A DNA stretch of 64,000 nucleotides from Abditibacterium sp. GTDB lineage: Bacteria > Armatimonadota > Abditibacteriia > Abditibacteriales > Abditibacteriaceae. How positions within the stretch are numbered: the first letter of the stretch is position 1; the number at the start of each line of letters is the position of its first letter. The DNA lies in NCBI GenBank assembly GCA_965246885.1, contig OZ251992.1:768001-832000 (forward strand), written 5' to 3'. A program made the position numbers and the translations under genes. Under the pieces are notes generated by a model that saw only the letters and a list, made by a program, of their open reading frames with translations, was not told the DNA's origin and did not search any database. Below, in pieces: positions 40,103-49,633 of this stretch.

Positions 40103-41470
40103 ATGAGTTTTTTACAAACTGCCGCCCTTGAAATGCTGGTGTGCCTACCGTTTTGCATTAGTTTGTCGCGGCGCACCGGCCTGCTTTCGCCCGCCGCGAC
40201 TTCGGCCAACTTCGCCTTCGCGTGCCTGCTGTTCGCCTTCGTTATCAAGTGGACGAACTTTGATTTGTGGTCGCTTCCCGTCGGCGGTATCGCATTTCGC
40301 CTCACTGCCACCGAGGGCGCCTACATTGCCGCCGCGCATATCTACACCTTTTTCATCCTGCTCACCTATTGCAGCGCGTGGGGCATCCGCCAGCGCAAGG
40401 CGCCCGAAGCCGGGGAAGCGCCCTCCAAAATCGCGGCGAGGATTCAAAAAATGGCGCGCCGCGCGCGTGGCTTTCATAGCCTGTTCGCGCCCGCTCTCTT
40501 TACGGGGTGCGCGCTTCACTTTCTCTTCGCCCTCCTTCCTAACCTCCAAAACTTCTACTTCACGGATCGTTCCAACATCCTCATCGGCCCCATCTTGTTG
40601 GTTTCCACAATTCTGTGCTACTATTCTTCCAAGATGGCCAGAAAGTCCTACTTCGTCTTCTACCTCATCTGCTTCTTCTACTCTTTCGGGATTATGCTCG
40701 GCTCTTACTCGCGCATCATCCCTTTAATCTTCCTCGTTTTGGCGCTTTGCGTTTCGATAGATTCCAGCATCAAGAAGCCTTGGCTCCGTGTATCGGGGGC
40801 GACGGTCTTGGGTATCTTGACCGTCTTCTTCATGATCTACTCGCTGCTCGGTCGCACCTACCGCGACGACGGTTTGAACTACGCGCTCGTTTGGAAGACG
40901 CTCCAGCAATCGGCAGACCCGGCCAACGCTTACATCCTTACGACCGCTCTTACTAACGTCTTTCATGGCGTCCTCTTGTTGGCCGAATGCATGGACACTA
41001 CTGGCGCGGCTTACTCCTCTTCTTATCAGTGGCTTTCCTTGTCTCCTTTCCCCTCCTTCATTGATGGCTGGGATCAAGTATTGGACGAGCAGATCAGAAT
41101 CAACATCTACACACCGTTCAGCACCTTCGCCGAAGCCTACTTCTTCTCCCTTGTGCCGCAAGTCGCGCTGATAGCCATTTATTTTGGCTGCACCCGGACG
41201 ATGACCCGCTTCCACGCCAACCACTCCGGCTGGCGGAGGATATTCATCACTTCTTTCAGTTTGTTGTGCTGGGCTATTATGAGCCAATATCCCGTCCGCA
41301 ACATCCTCCGCATCTTTTTGTTGGCGACGGTTTTGTGCGCGGTGTTGCGCGTGCGTCGCCCTAAAACGGCTCCGCGCCGGGGGAGCGCGCCGCCCTTTGC
41401 GCCGCGTGGCCCCATCGCCGTGCAAACTGGCCGCGTCGGGGGGCCGCGCTTGAACGCACCTCCCCGCTAA
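40103..41470 (+). CDS. Multi-pass membrane protein, probable Wzy-type polymerase
   Basis: About 10 hydrophobic segments and a large loop; directly after wzc; more AT-rich. Confidence 0.55.
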   Translation: MSFLQTAALEMLVCLPFCISLSRRTGLLSPAATSANFAFACLLFAFVIKWTNFDLWSLPVGGIAFRLTATEGAYIAAAHIYTFFILLTYCSAWGIRQRKAPEAGEAPSKIAARIQKMARRARGFHSLFAPALFTGCALHFLFALLPNLQNFYFTDRSNILIGPILLVSTILCYYSSKMARKSYFVFYLICFFYSFGIMLGSYSRIIPLIFLVLALCVSIDSSIKKPWLRVSGATVLGILTVFFMIYSLLGRTYRDDGLNYALVWKTLQQSADPANAYILTTALTNVFHGVLLLAECMDTTGAAYSSSYQWLSLSPFPSFIDGWDQVLDEQIRINIYTPFSTFAEAYFFSLVPQVALIAIYFGCTRTMTRFHANHSGWRRIFITSFSLLCWAIMSQYPVRNILRIFLLATVLCAVLRVRRPKTAPRRGSAPPFAPRGPIAVQTGRVGGPRLNAPPR

Positions 41471-41473
41471 AGC

Positions 41474-42190
41474 GTGCAACTCTTCGACTTTTCCGCCGCT
41501 TCTCCCGCCGCTAACCTTGCCTTGGACGAGGCTTTGCTTGACGCTGCCGAGGAAGAAGGCGGCCCGCCCACGTTACGATTCTGGGAATCGCCGACACCCT
41601 TCATCGCGCTCGGCTACACCAACCGCGCGGCGACCGAAACCGACGAAGCGGCCTGCCGCGCGCACGGCGTCCCTATCCTGCGCCGCGCGAGCGGCGGCGG
41701 GACTGTTTTGCAAGGGCCGGGGTGCTTAAACTATGCGCTCATCGAGCGCATCGGGGGCGACGGAACTTTCCACGTCGGTGCGACGAACGAGTGGGTAATG
41801 TCCCGCGTGCGTGGCGCGCTCGACCCATTACTCGGCGGGGAAGTTTTGCTCCAAGGCACCACCGACCTGACGTGGCGCGGGCGCAAGTTTTCCGGCAACG
41901 CGCAAAAGCGGCGCGCGCGCTGCTTTCTCTTTCACGGCACCGTTCTCCTTGACTTCAACCTCGCCTTCGTGGGGCAATTGCTACGACCTCCCTCGAAAGA
42001 ACCTGCCTACCGCGCGGGGCGCCCGCACGCCGCCTTCATCGGCAACGTGCCTTTGGAACGCGCCGCCGTTAAAGCCGCGCTCGCCCTCGCGTTTGGCGCC
42101 GATGAAGCTGCGACCGATGTGCCCCGCGCGCGTGCGGACGCCCTTGTCGCCGCGCGCTACGGGCGCGACGAGTGGAACTTCCGCTTTTAA
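41474..42190 (+). CDS. Lipoate-protein ligase A family protein
   Basis: NLALDEALL, LRFW, RRASGGGTV, KFSGNAQ, HGTVL. Confidence 0.9.
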   Translation: MQLFDFSAASPAANLALDEALLDAAEEEGGPPTLRFWESPTPFIALGYTNRAATETDEAACRAHGVPILRRASGGGTVLQGPGCLNYALIERIGGDGTFHVGATNEWVMSRVRGALDPLLGGEVLLQGTTDLTWRGRKFSGNAQKRRARCFLFHGTVLLDFNLAFVGQLLRPPSKEPAYRAGRPHAAFIGNVPLERAAVKAALALAFGADEAATDVPRARADALVAARYGRDEWNFRF

Positions 42191-42274
42191 CCGTGTGGGT
42201 AGAGCGCCGTAAAAGCGGCGAACCGAACCGCCTTCCCAACCATCAGGAACAGGGCGGCCCCTACGCCCCCCGCC

Positions 42275-43702
42275 ATGACTTTCGCCGCGCTTGGAGCGCC
42301 TCCCCTTGCCCCCGGCACCCTCGTCGGGGCGGGCCGCTTCGCGCTCGAAGAGGAAATCGGGCGCGGCGGCTACGGCATCACTTACCGCGCGCGGCGCGTC
42401 GAAACGGGGGAAGCCGTCGCGGTCAAAGAGTGCGTGCTTTCCTCCTGCACCCGCGAGAGCACCCTCGTGGCCCCATGTGACGACGCGGCGGCGGACGCGC
42501 TTGCCGTCTGGGGCGAGCGCGTTGTGGCTCAGACACTCCAGTTGGAATCCTTGGAGCACCCGCACTTGGCGCGCGTGTTCGAGGCGTGGGCCGAAAACAA
42601 CACGGTTTATCTCGCAATGGAACTGTTGGAAGGGCCGACGTTGGCGGAGCACATCGGGGAGCACGGGCCGCTTTCCGTTGACGAGGCGCTCCTTCATGCG
42701 CGCGCGGTCGCCGATGCCTTGGGCGCGCTCCACCAACGCGGGCTGGCGCACTTGGATGTCAAGCCGGAAAACATCGTCCTTTCGGAGCGCGGCGCCGTGT
42801 TATTGGACTTCGACTTGGTGCAACCGTGCGGGGTGGAGCAGGTCTCGACGCGGCCCCTGTCGCTCGCGGGGCGCATCGGCACCCCCGGCTATGCGCCGCC
42901 CGAAGCGTATGGCGAAGTTGCCCCTCAAGGCGCGCGCTCGGACATTTATTCGCTCGGCGCCACCTTGTATTTCCTGCTAAGTGGGTGTATACCGCCTGCG
43001 GCGGTTGACCGAGCGGCGGGCATCGAACTCCCCGCGCTTTCGGTCGCGCCGCATTTGGGAGAAGCCCTTGTCGCCGCGCTGCAATTGCCCATCGAAGCGC
43101 GCCCCGCAACCGTCGCCGAACTGCGCGAACTCTGGGTTGCTCCCCCACCGCCGCCCGCGCCGGAAGAGGATTATTCCTTCTCGGCGCACGCCGCCAACCT
43201 CGCGCAGTCCAAGTCGTCCACCGGCATCTGCCGCGTTGTGCTTACGACGAGCAACCCCAAATTCCCGCCGCGTTGCGCTTGCTGCTTTGAGCGCGCCGAC
43301 GACGGCGTGTCGCTCATCCTTCCTTCCGCGTCGGGTCGGCAATACATACCGGGTTGCGCCGCGTGCCTGCGCCATCAGCACGTGGCGCGCGCCTCGGCCA
43401 ACGGCACCGGTTGGGGATTGATTTTGTCGTCCGTTTTGGCGCTTGCGGGCGCGTGGCTGTCCATCCTCATTGACTCGCCCGTGCTGATGGTGTTGTGCAT
43501 TTCTGCTCTTGTCATCTGCTTTGGAACGATGGCCTACGGCGCCCTCAAATCCTCGCGCGCCGAGGAGATGCTCAAGTCCACCTGCTGCCACTCGGTCGAA
43601 CCGGTCGCGTATAACTTCAATGGCCGCGCCCATATTTGGCGCTTTAAGAACATGATGTACGCCGAAGAGTTCAAGAAAAAGAACGCGGAGTGGGTGGTTT
43701 GA
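42275..43702 (+). CDS. Hanks-type Ser/Thr protein kinase with a C-terminal Cys-rich, two-TM domain
   Basis: IGRGGYG, VAVKE, HLDVKPEN, DFD, GTPGYAPPE, SDIYSLG; CACC...CAAC; two TMs. Confidence 0.9.
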   Translation: MTFAALGAPPLAPGTLVGAGRFALEEEIGRGGYGITYRARRVETGEAVAVKECVLSSCTRESTLVAPCDDAAADALAVWGERVVAQTLQLESLEHPHLARVFEAWAENNTVYLAMELLEGPTLAEHIGEHGPLSVDEALLHARAVADALGALHQRGLAHLDVKPENIVLSERGAVLLDFDLVQPCGVEQVSTRPLSLAGRIGTPGYAPPEAYGEVAPQGARSDIYSLGATLYFLLSGCIPPAAVDRAAGIELPALSVAPHLGEALVAALQLPIEARPATVAELRELWVAPPPPPAPEEDYSFSAHAANLAQSKSSTGICRVVLTTSNPKFPPRCACCFERADDGVSLILPSASGRQYIPGCAACLRHQHVARASANGTGWGLILSSVLALAGAWLSILIDSPVLMVLCISALVICFGTMAYGALKSSRAEEMLKSTCCHSVEPVAYNFNGRAHIWRFKNMMYAEEFKKKNAEWVV

Positions 43703-43713
43703 GCCGCGCGCCT

Positions 43714-44364
43714 TCAGTGTTCATCGTCCAACCAGCCGCGCTTGAGCGCGTAGCGCACCAACTCCACGCGCGACGTGAGGCCCAGCTTCTCGAACAAGCG
43801 GGTTTTGTAGCCTTCGACGGTTTTGCTCGAAACGTGGAGGCGCACCGCCATGTCTTTGTTGGAATACCCCCACGCGACCAAGCGCACTACCTCGACTTCG
43901 CGTGTGGACAAGGGAATGTCGCTTTGGAACACCTGCCCCAGTTCGTCGCCCGCAACGGGCAGGAGGTCGGGCGCGAAGTGCGTTCCGCCTTCCGCGACGG
44001 TTCGGATGGCGGCGACCAACTCCCCGGCGGCGGCGTGCTTCAAGACGTACCCCGACGCGCCCGCTTCGACGAACGCGCGCACATGGGCGGCGTCGCCATA
44101 CGCCGATAGCCCCAGTATCTTTACCCCCGCGCACCCGGCTTTGATGCGCGCCGCCACCTGCGCGCCGTTGAGTTGTGGGAGCGACACATCGAGTACCGCC
44201 ACGTCGGGCGACACTTCCCGCACCACGCGCCACGCGCTTTCGCCGTCCCCCGCCGCGCCGACGACTTCCATATCGCTTTGCGTGTTGATAAGGAGCACCA
44301 GCCCCTCGCGCACAAGCGCATGATCTTCGGCCACAAACACCCGCAGCATTTGGTCAGGTCTCAT
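43714..44364 (-). CDS. NarL/LuxR-family response regulator
   Basis: AEDHALVREGL, LDVSLP, GASGYVLK, LSTREVEV..GYSNK HTH. Confidence 0.95.
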   Translation of the reverse strand: MRPDQMLRVFVAEDHALVREGLVLLINTQSDMEVVGAAGDGESAWRVVREVSPDVAVLDVSLPQLNGAQVAARIKAGCAGVKILGLSAYGDAAHVRAFVEAGASGYVLKHAAAGELVAAIRTVAEGGTHFAPDLLPVAGDELGQVFQSDIPLSTREVEVVRLVAWGYSNKDMAVRLHVSSKTVEGYKTRLFEKLGLTSRVELVRYALKRGWLDDEH

Positions 44365-44430
44365 AGTTGCATCTTGAAAACAAGTCTTGAGTGTGACAGG
44401 CGGAGTCGGATTTTCTCCAAGTTGCCACCG

Positions 44431-44600
44431 GACAGACCGCAATCGCCGCCCCGCCGACGCACGCCGACGAACGACAGACGTCGGCGTGCCGCTCCGGGAC
44501 GTCGGCGGACAAAGGACAGACGTCTGTCACTGAGCGGCGGACGTCTGTTACTGAGCGGCGGACGTCTGCCACTGAGCGGCAGACGTCTGTCACCGCGTCG
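44431..44600. repeat. Intergenic 21-nt tandem repeat (about 8 units) with a palindromic GACGTC core
   Basis: GACGTC at 44477, 44498, 44519, 44540, 44561 and 44582; near-perfect units gacgtctgtcactgagcggcg. Confidence 0.9.
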
Positions 44601-44614
44601 CCGCCCTCTGGCCG

Positions 44615-46177
44615 TCAAAGCCCATTCTTATCTAGCGAGTAATCGGTGTCCAGCGGGACGCGCGCGAAAATGGTGGTGCGGCGACCGACCTCGCTTTCGA
44701 TTTGCAAGACGCCACCGACCGAATGAAGGCGCTCGCGCATCCCAACCAAGCCCAAGCGGTTTCCGACCGCCTCGTCCGTCAAAAAGCCGCGTCCGTCGTC
44801 CTCGACAATGGCCATCAGTTCGCCGACCGGTTGTTGCAACAACACGCTGACGGTGCGCGCGCCGGAATGACGCGCGACGTTGGTGAGGGCTTCTTGGACG
44901 ACGCGATACAGCGCGACTTCGATTTCCGGCGCAAAACGGGCGCCGCGATTTTCCAGACCGAGCACGTCGAACTGCGCGCCGATGCCCGTCGCGCGCGCCC
45001 ATTCGCTCACCAACTGCTGCAACGCCGACGGCAAGCCGAGTGTATCGAGCGAGGGCGGGCGCAGTTCGCGCGCGAGCGAGCCGACTTGCTCGCCCAGCGC
45101 GCCCAGTTGGCCTTGCAACCCCGCGACGCGGCGTTCCAATTCGATGGCGACCGCTTCATTGTGCGGAAGCAGGCCGCGTAGCGTCTCGCGCACAAAGTCG
45201 GCTAACCCACCCACGTTCATCGCCACGACGGTGAGGGTTTGGCCCATCTGATCGTGCAATTCGCGCGACAAACGGAGCCGCTCGGCTTCCTGAGCTTCGA
45301 CCAAGCGCGCCAACAAGCGGCGGCGCAGGTCGGCCAATTCTTCGCGCGCGGACTTGGCTTGGCCTTGCATCTCCTCGTGCGAGCGGCGCAGGATGATTTC
45401 GGCTTCTTTTTGCGGCGTAATGTCGGACAGCACGCCCATCATGCGGGTCGCTTCGCCGCTCGCGTCGCGGGCGAAGATGCGGCCCATCGTGCGCACCCAA
45501 ATAATCTCGCCGTCCGAGCGCACCAAGCGGTACTCCATTTCGGTGACGTCGTCGGTTTGCAGCGCGGCGCTCGTTTGCGCGGCGATGCCCTGCGCGTCGT
45601 CATCGTGGATGTGGATGAGGAAGTCAGAAACGAGGCGCGGCATTTCCGTTCCTTGTCCAAACAGTTGCTGCTTTCCGTCGTTCCACGCCAACCCTCCCGT
45701 TACGATGTTCCAGTCCCACACGGCGGTGCCACTCACGGCGAGGGCGAAACGCAGCCGTTCCTCGCCCTCGCGCAAAAGCTCTCCGGCGCTCAGGGTGTCT
45801 TCGACGTCGGTGAGCGTGCCGATCCACTCCGTCACGATGCCCTCGTGTCGCACCGGCACACCGCGCACCGCCACGCGCCGGTATTGGCTGTCGAAGCGGT
45901 GCAAGCGGTAGGTTGTCTCGAAGGCTTGCTCGGCTTGCGCCGCGTTCATCCACACGGCATGTAGCGCTGGCCCATCGTCGGGATGCACTTGCGACAGCCA
46001 GCCCAGACCGCGCGCTTCCTCTGCCGTTTGTCCGGTGAACTCGTGCCAACCGGGTTCATCGTCGAAGAACTCGCCGCCCGGTGTCGTGCGCCACACGACA
46101 AGGGGCGACGCCAGCACAAGGGCACGGTAGCGTTCGCCCGCTTCGCCCAGTGGCGCGTCTTCGTCGAATGGGTTCAT
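44615..46177 (-). CDS. Cytoplasmic PAS-PAS sensor histidine kinase (HisKA_3, NarX-like)
   Basis: Two PAS domains (VHPDD; IHDDD, EYRL), RELHDQMGQ, QEALTNVARH, DDGRGF, GLVGMRER. Confidence 0.92.
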   Translation of the reverse strand: MNPFDEDAPLGEAGERYRALVLASPLVVWRTTPGGEFFDDEPGWHEFTGQTAEEARGLGWLSQVHPDDGPALHAVWMNAAQAEQAFETTYRLHRFDSQYRRVAVRGVPVRHEGIVTEWIGTLTDVEDTLSAGELLREGEERLRFALAVSGTAVWDWNIVTGGLAWNDGKQQLFGQGTEMPRLVSDFLIHIHDDDAQGIAAQTSAALQTDDVTEMEYRLVRSDGEIIWVRTMGRIFARDASGEATRMMGVLSDITPQKEAEIILRRSHEEMQGQAKSAREELADLRRRLLARLVEAQEAERLRLSRELHDQMGQTLTVVAMNVGGLADFVRETLRGLLPHNEAVAIELERRVAGLQGQLGALGEQVGSLARELRPPSLDTLGLPSALQQLVSEWARATGIGAQFDVLGLENRGARFAPEIEVALYRVVQEALTNVARHSGARTVSVLLQQPVGELMAIVEDDGRGFLTDEAVGNRLGLVGMRERLHSVGGVLQIESEVGRRTTIFARVPLDTDYSLDKNGL

Positions 46178-46196
46178 CGGGTGGTCGCCTCCAAAC

Positions 46197-46229
46197 AAAA
46201 CAACGAAGGCGAAGGGCCTTCGTTGTTTT
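46197..46229. terminator. Bidirectional-type intrinsic terminator
   Basis: aaaacaacgaaggc-gaagg-gccttcgttgtttt. Confidence 0.7.
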
Positions 46230-46246
46230 TAAGTGTGACAGGGTTC

Positions 46247-46363
46247 TTAGCGGCGCTCTACGTAATCGCCCAGCTTGAGCTTCGCCAACCCCGCCGAAAT
46301 AACGACGGCGGCGCCGGTGAGAAACCACAGCCAGCTTCCAATGTCTTTGTCGAGTTTTTCCAT
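46247..46363 (-). CDS. 38-aa single-TM small protein MEKLDKDIGSWLWFLTGAAVVISAGLAKLKLGDYVERR (not in the ORF track)
   Basis: ATG to TAA, hand-translated; ggga upstream; GC-rich third positions; terminator directly downstream. Confidence 0.6.
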   Translation of the reverse strand: MEKLDKDIGSWLWFLTGAAVVISAGLAKLKLGDYVERR

Positions 46364-46437
46364 AATAGTCCCGGTGAACATCCAGTTAGATGCCACGCTT
46401 GCCCCGGAAGTTCATGCTTTTGGGCCGGTGCTGCAAT

Positions 46438-48204
46438 TCAGATCTGCTCCAGCGTCTCGATGCCCAGCAGACCCAATCCGGTCTGAAGCGTGCGAGCCGT
46501 CAGGTCGCACAGCGCCAGACGCGATGCCCGCACCTCGTCGGGCGCGTCCAACACGCGGCAGTCGCGGTTGAACGCCGAGAACGCGCCCGCCAACTCATAC
46601 AGGTAATCCGTCAGCGCGTTCAAGCGGTAGTCGCGCCGCGCCGCGCCAAGCGCCTCCGCGAAGCGCAATAAGCACTTGCCAAGTTCCACTTCCGCCGGTT
46701 CTCCCAAATGTGGCGCCGCCAGAGCCATGTCTATGCCGCGCTCGCTCGCGCGGCGGAAGATGGAGCGCACGCGGGCGAAAGCGTATAGCAAGTAAACCGC
46801 GCTGTTGCCCGACAGCGCGAGCATCTTATCCCACGAAAACAGGTAATCGGACGCGCGGTTCTGCGACAGGTCGGCGTATTTGACGGCACCAATCCCCACG
46901 ACGCGCGCGATATGTTCAAGGGCCGCTTCGGGTAGTGCGGGGTTCTTTTCGCGCACCACTTCGAGGGCGCGGCTTTGGGCTTCGGCGAGGAGGGTGGCCA
47001 GTTTGACCGGCGCCCCGTCGCGGGTTTTGAGCGGCGTCTTGTCTTCGCCCAAGACTGAGCCAAACGCGACGTGTTGCGCCCCAAACTGCGCATCGGGCTT
47101 CCAGCGCGCGAACGCCGCGAAGACTTGGCGGAAATGCCCCGCTTGCGGTGCCCCGGTCACGTATAAAATCTTCTGCGCGCCCAGTTCGTCCAAACGATAT
47201 TCCAGCGTCGCCAAGTCGGTCGTCGCGTACGTCGCGGCGCCGTCGCGCTTGCGCACGATGGCCGGAAAGTCCGTCCATTCGCCGTCGCGCGAAATCAGAA
47301 AGGGGTCGTCTTTGGGTGCGAGCGTCCCGTCCGAAAACACGCACACCGCCCCGTCCGATTCGCGCGCCACGCCCTTGGCTAAGAGTTCCTCGACCAAGCC
47401 CGGTAAACGCGGGTTATAGAACGATTCGCCCAGCGTTTGGTCGAAGGAGACGCCCAGCAACGCGTAAATGGTGTCGAACTGCTCTTGCGACAGTTCGCGC
47501 ACGCGGCGCCAAATGGCGAGGTTCTCCTCGTCGCCCGCTTGAAGCGCCGCCACTTCCGCGCGCGCAGCGTTCTCGGTGGCTGGGTCGGTTTTGCCGCGCT
47601 CGTTGATAAGTTTGTAAAGCCGCTCCATCTCGCCGATGGGGTCGGACGCAAGCTGCGCTTCGTCCAACTCGCTTTTCCAGCCGACGATGATTTTTCCGAA
47701 CGCCGTGCCCCAGTCGCCGATATGGTTATCAGAAACCACCGCGTGCCCCTGAAAGCGCAGAAGGCGGACAATGGCGTCGCCAATGATAGTCGAGCGGATG
47801 TGTCCGACGTGCATCGGCTTGGCGACGTTGGGCGAGGAAAAGTCCACGACGAACCGCTCCGGCGCTTCGGCCAACGGCACGCCCAACCGCTCATCCGCGC
47901 GCGCTTTGTCAAGGGCGGCTTCGATCCAATCCGTCTTGAGCCGGAAGTTGAGAAACCCCGGCCCCGCGATTTCGGGCGGCTCACAGATGGCGCTCATATC
48001 CAAGCGCGCGAGAACCCCCGCCGCGATGTCGCGCGGTTTTTGGCGCAGAGTTTTGGCAAGCGGCAAGGCGCCGTTCCATTGGTAGTCGCCGAACTGCGGG
48101 TTCGAGGAGGGCACGACTTGCAGTGCGTCGGAGGTGACGCCCGTCGTGTCGAAAGCGGCAAGGGCGGCGTCGAGGGCGGATTGGAGGATGGTTTGGGCGG
48201 ACAT
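46438..48204 (-). CDS. argS: Arginine--tRNA ligase
   Basis: FGDYQ, AGPGFLNF, DFSSPNVAKPMHVGHIRSTIIGD, GAVKYADL, DALR domain. Confidence 0.97.
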   Translation of the reverse strand: MSAQTILQSALDAALAAFDTTGVTSDALQVVPSSNPQFGDYQWNGALPLAKTLRQKPRDIAAGVLARLDMSAICEPPEIAGPGFLNFRLKTDWIEAALDKARADERLGVPLAEAPERFVVDFSSPNVAKPMHVGHIRSTIIGDAIVRLLRFQGHAVVSDNHIGDWGTAFGKIIVGWKSELDEAQLASDPIGEMERLYKLINERGKTDPATENAARAEVAALQAGDEENLAIWRRVRELSQEQFDTIYALLGVSFDQTLGESFYNPRLPGLVEELLAKGVARESDGAVCVFSDGTLAPKDDPFLISRDGEWTDFPAIVRKRDGAATYATTDLATLEYRLDELGAQKILYVTGAPQAGHFRQVFAAFARWKPDAQFGAQHVAFGSVLGEDKTPLKTRDGAPVKLATLLAEAQSRALEVVREKNPALPEAALEHIARVVGIGAVKYADLSQNRASDYLFSWDKMLALSGNSAVYLLYAFARVRSIFRRASERGIDMALAAPHLGEPAEVELGKCLLRFAEALGAARRDYRLNALTDYLYELAGAFSAFNRDCRVLDAPDEVRASRLALCDLTARTLQTGLGLLGIETLEQI

Positions 48205-48219
48205 AGCGAGAGAGGTGAT

Positions 48220-49599
48220 TTACGCGAGCGCGGCAATTTCTGCTTTGAACTCGCTTTGCATGGCATGCGCTTGCTCGTCGGTGCGGGCTTCGAGGATGAG
48301 GCGGACAATCGGCTCCGTCCCGCTTCCGCGCACGTGAACCCAACCCCCGTCGGAAAAGTCGAGGCGCAACCCGTCGCGTTCGTCGCGGGCGGCGTCGGGG
48401 TATTTGGCTTTAAGATGCGCGAGCAGGGCGGCGAGTTTCTCGCGCGGGAAGTCGTGGGTGGTCTTCAATATGGTGTAGCGCGGCAGTTCGGCGCCCACTT
48501 GCGCGGCACCCTTGCCTTCAAGCGCGAGAAACTCAAGTGTGAGCGCAATGGCGGCGATGCCGTCGCGCCCCAACTGCATCTCCGGCCAAATCACGCCGCC
48601 GTTGCCTTCGCCGCCAATGGCCGCGCCGACTTCGAGCATCTTGCCGGACACATTCGCGTCGCCGACAGGAGCGCGGTAAAAAGCGCAGCCATATTGTTTG
48701 GCGAGGGTTTCGACGGCGCTGGAAGTGGAGAGGTTGGTGACAACGGGGCCGAGCTTTCGGTTCTTGAGGACGTGCGCGACGGCCCACACGAGCGAGTAGT
48801 CCTCGCCGATGGGCTGCCCCGCGTCGGTCACGATGGCCACGCGGTCGGCGTCGGCGTCGTGGGCGAAACCGATGTCCGCGCCGCGCTCCTTCACCGCGCT
48901 CATCAGTTGCGCCATGTTCTCGTTGAGCGGTTCGGGATTGTGCGCGAACAAGCCGTTGAGTTCGCCGTTGATGATGGAGGTGTCGCAGCCCAGCCGGTCG
49001 AGTAGGAGTGGCGAGATGGTGCCGCCCGCGCCGTTGCAAGCATCGAGAACGACGCGGAAGCGCCGCGCCCGTATCGCTTCGACGTTTACCAAGGAGAGAA
49101 TCTTGGACAAATGCGCTTCGATAGCCTCGCCCGCCGTGTCGTGTTCAAGCGCGCCCATCCGCGTCCAATCGCCGCAACGAAACCAGTGGTCGGCGTTGAT
49201 GCGGATGACCTCGCCGCCCTGCGCTTTGTCCAGATACATCCCCGATGGCTGGAAGAACTTGAGCGCGTTCCACTCGACCGGGTTATGCGACGCGGTGATG
49301 CAAATCGCGCCCGCCGCGCCCAAGCGGTGGATGGCGAACTGAAGCGTCGGCGTCGAAACCACGCCCAAATCCAACACCCGCGCCCCGCCCGCGAGTAATC
49401 CCGCCAAGGCCGCGTGCCGCATCATCTCCCCCGTTGGCCGCGTGTCCCGCGCCAAGAGAACAAGCGGGCGGTCGCTCGTTTGGCCAAGATACGCCGCGTA
49501 GGACTGGACGAAATCCAGCGCCACCCCCGGCGTGAGAGAGTCGCCCACCACGCCGCGAATCCCCGACACCGACACCATGAGTTGAGAAGAATGAGCCAT
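48220..49599 (-). CDS. Alpha-D-phosphohexomutase (phosphoglucosamine mutase / phosphomannomutase family)
   Basis: SGIRG, TASHNP, DADADR, GGEGNGG, RGSGTEP. Confidence 0.92.
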   Translation of the reverse strand: MAHSSQLMVSVSGIRGVVGDSLTPGVALDFVQSYAAYLGQTSDRPLVLLARDTRPTGEMMRHAALAGLLAGGARVLDLGVVSTPTLQFAIHRLGAAGAICITASHNPVEWNALKFFQPSGMYLDKAQGGEVIRINADHWFRCGDWTRMGALEHDTAGEAIEAHLSKILSLVNVEAIRARRFRVVLDACNGAGGTISPLLLDRLGCDTSIINGELNGLFAHNPEPLNENMAQLMSAVKERGADIGFAHDADADRVAIVTDAGQPIGEDYSLVWAVAHVLKNRKLGPVVTNLSTSSAVETLAKQYGCAFYRAPVGDANVSGKMLEVGAAIGGEGNGGVIWPEMQLGRDGIAAIALTLEFLALEGKGAAQVGAELPRYTILKTTHDFPREKLAALLAHLKAKYPDAARDERDGLRLDFSDGGWVHVRGSGTEPIVRLILEARTDEQAHAMQSEFKAEIAALA

Positions 49600-49633
49600 T
49601 GAGAAGCGCGCCAGTTTAACGGCTGGCTCGGAA

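Noticed and set aside
44431..44600. CRISPR array (also considered for 29560-29740 and 63790-63936)
   Set aside because: The period is only 21 nt, there is no 23-47-nt invariant repeat with unique spacers, and no cas genes are present.
47437..49005. 522-aa plus-strand ORF
   Set aside because: Antisense to argS and the phosphohexomutase gene.
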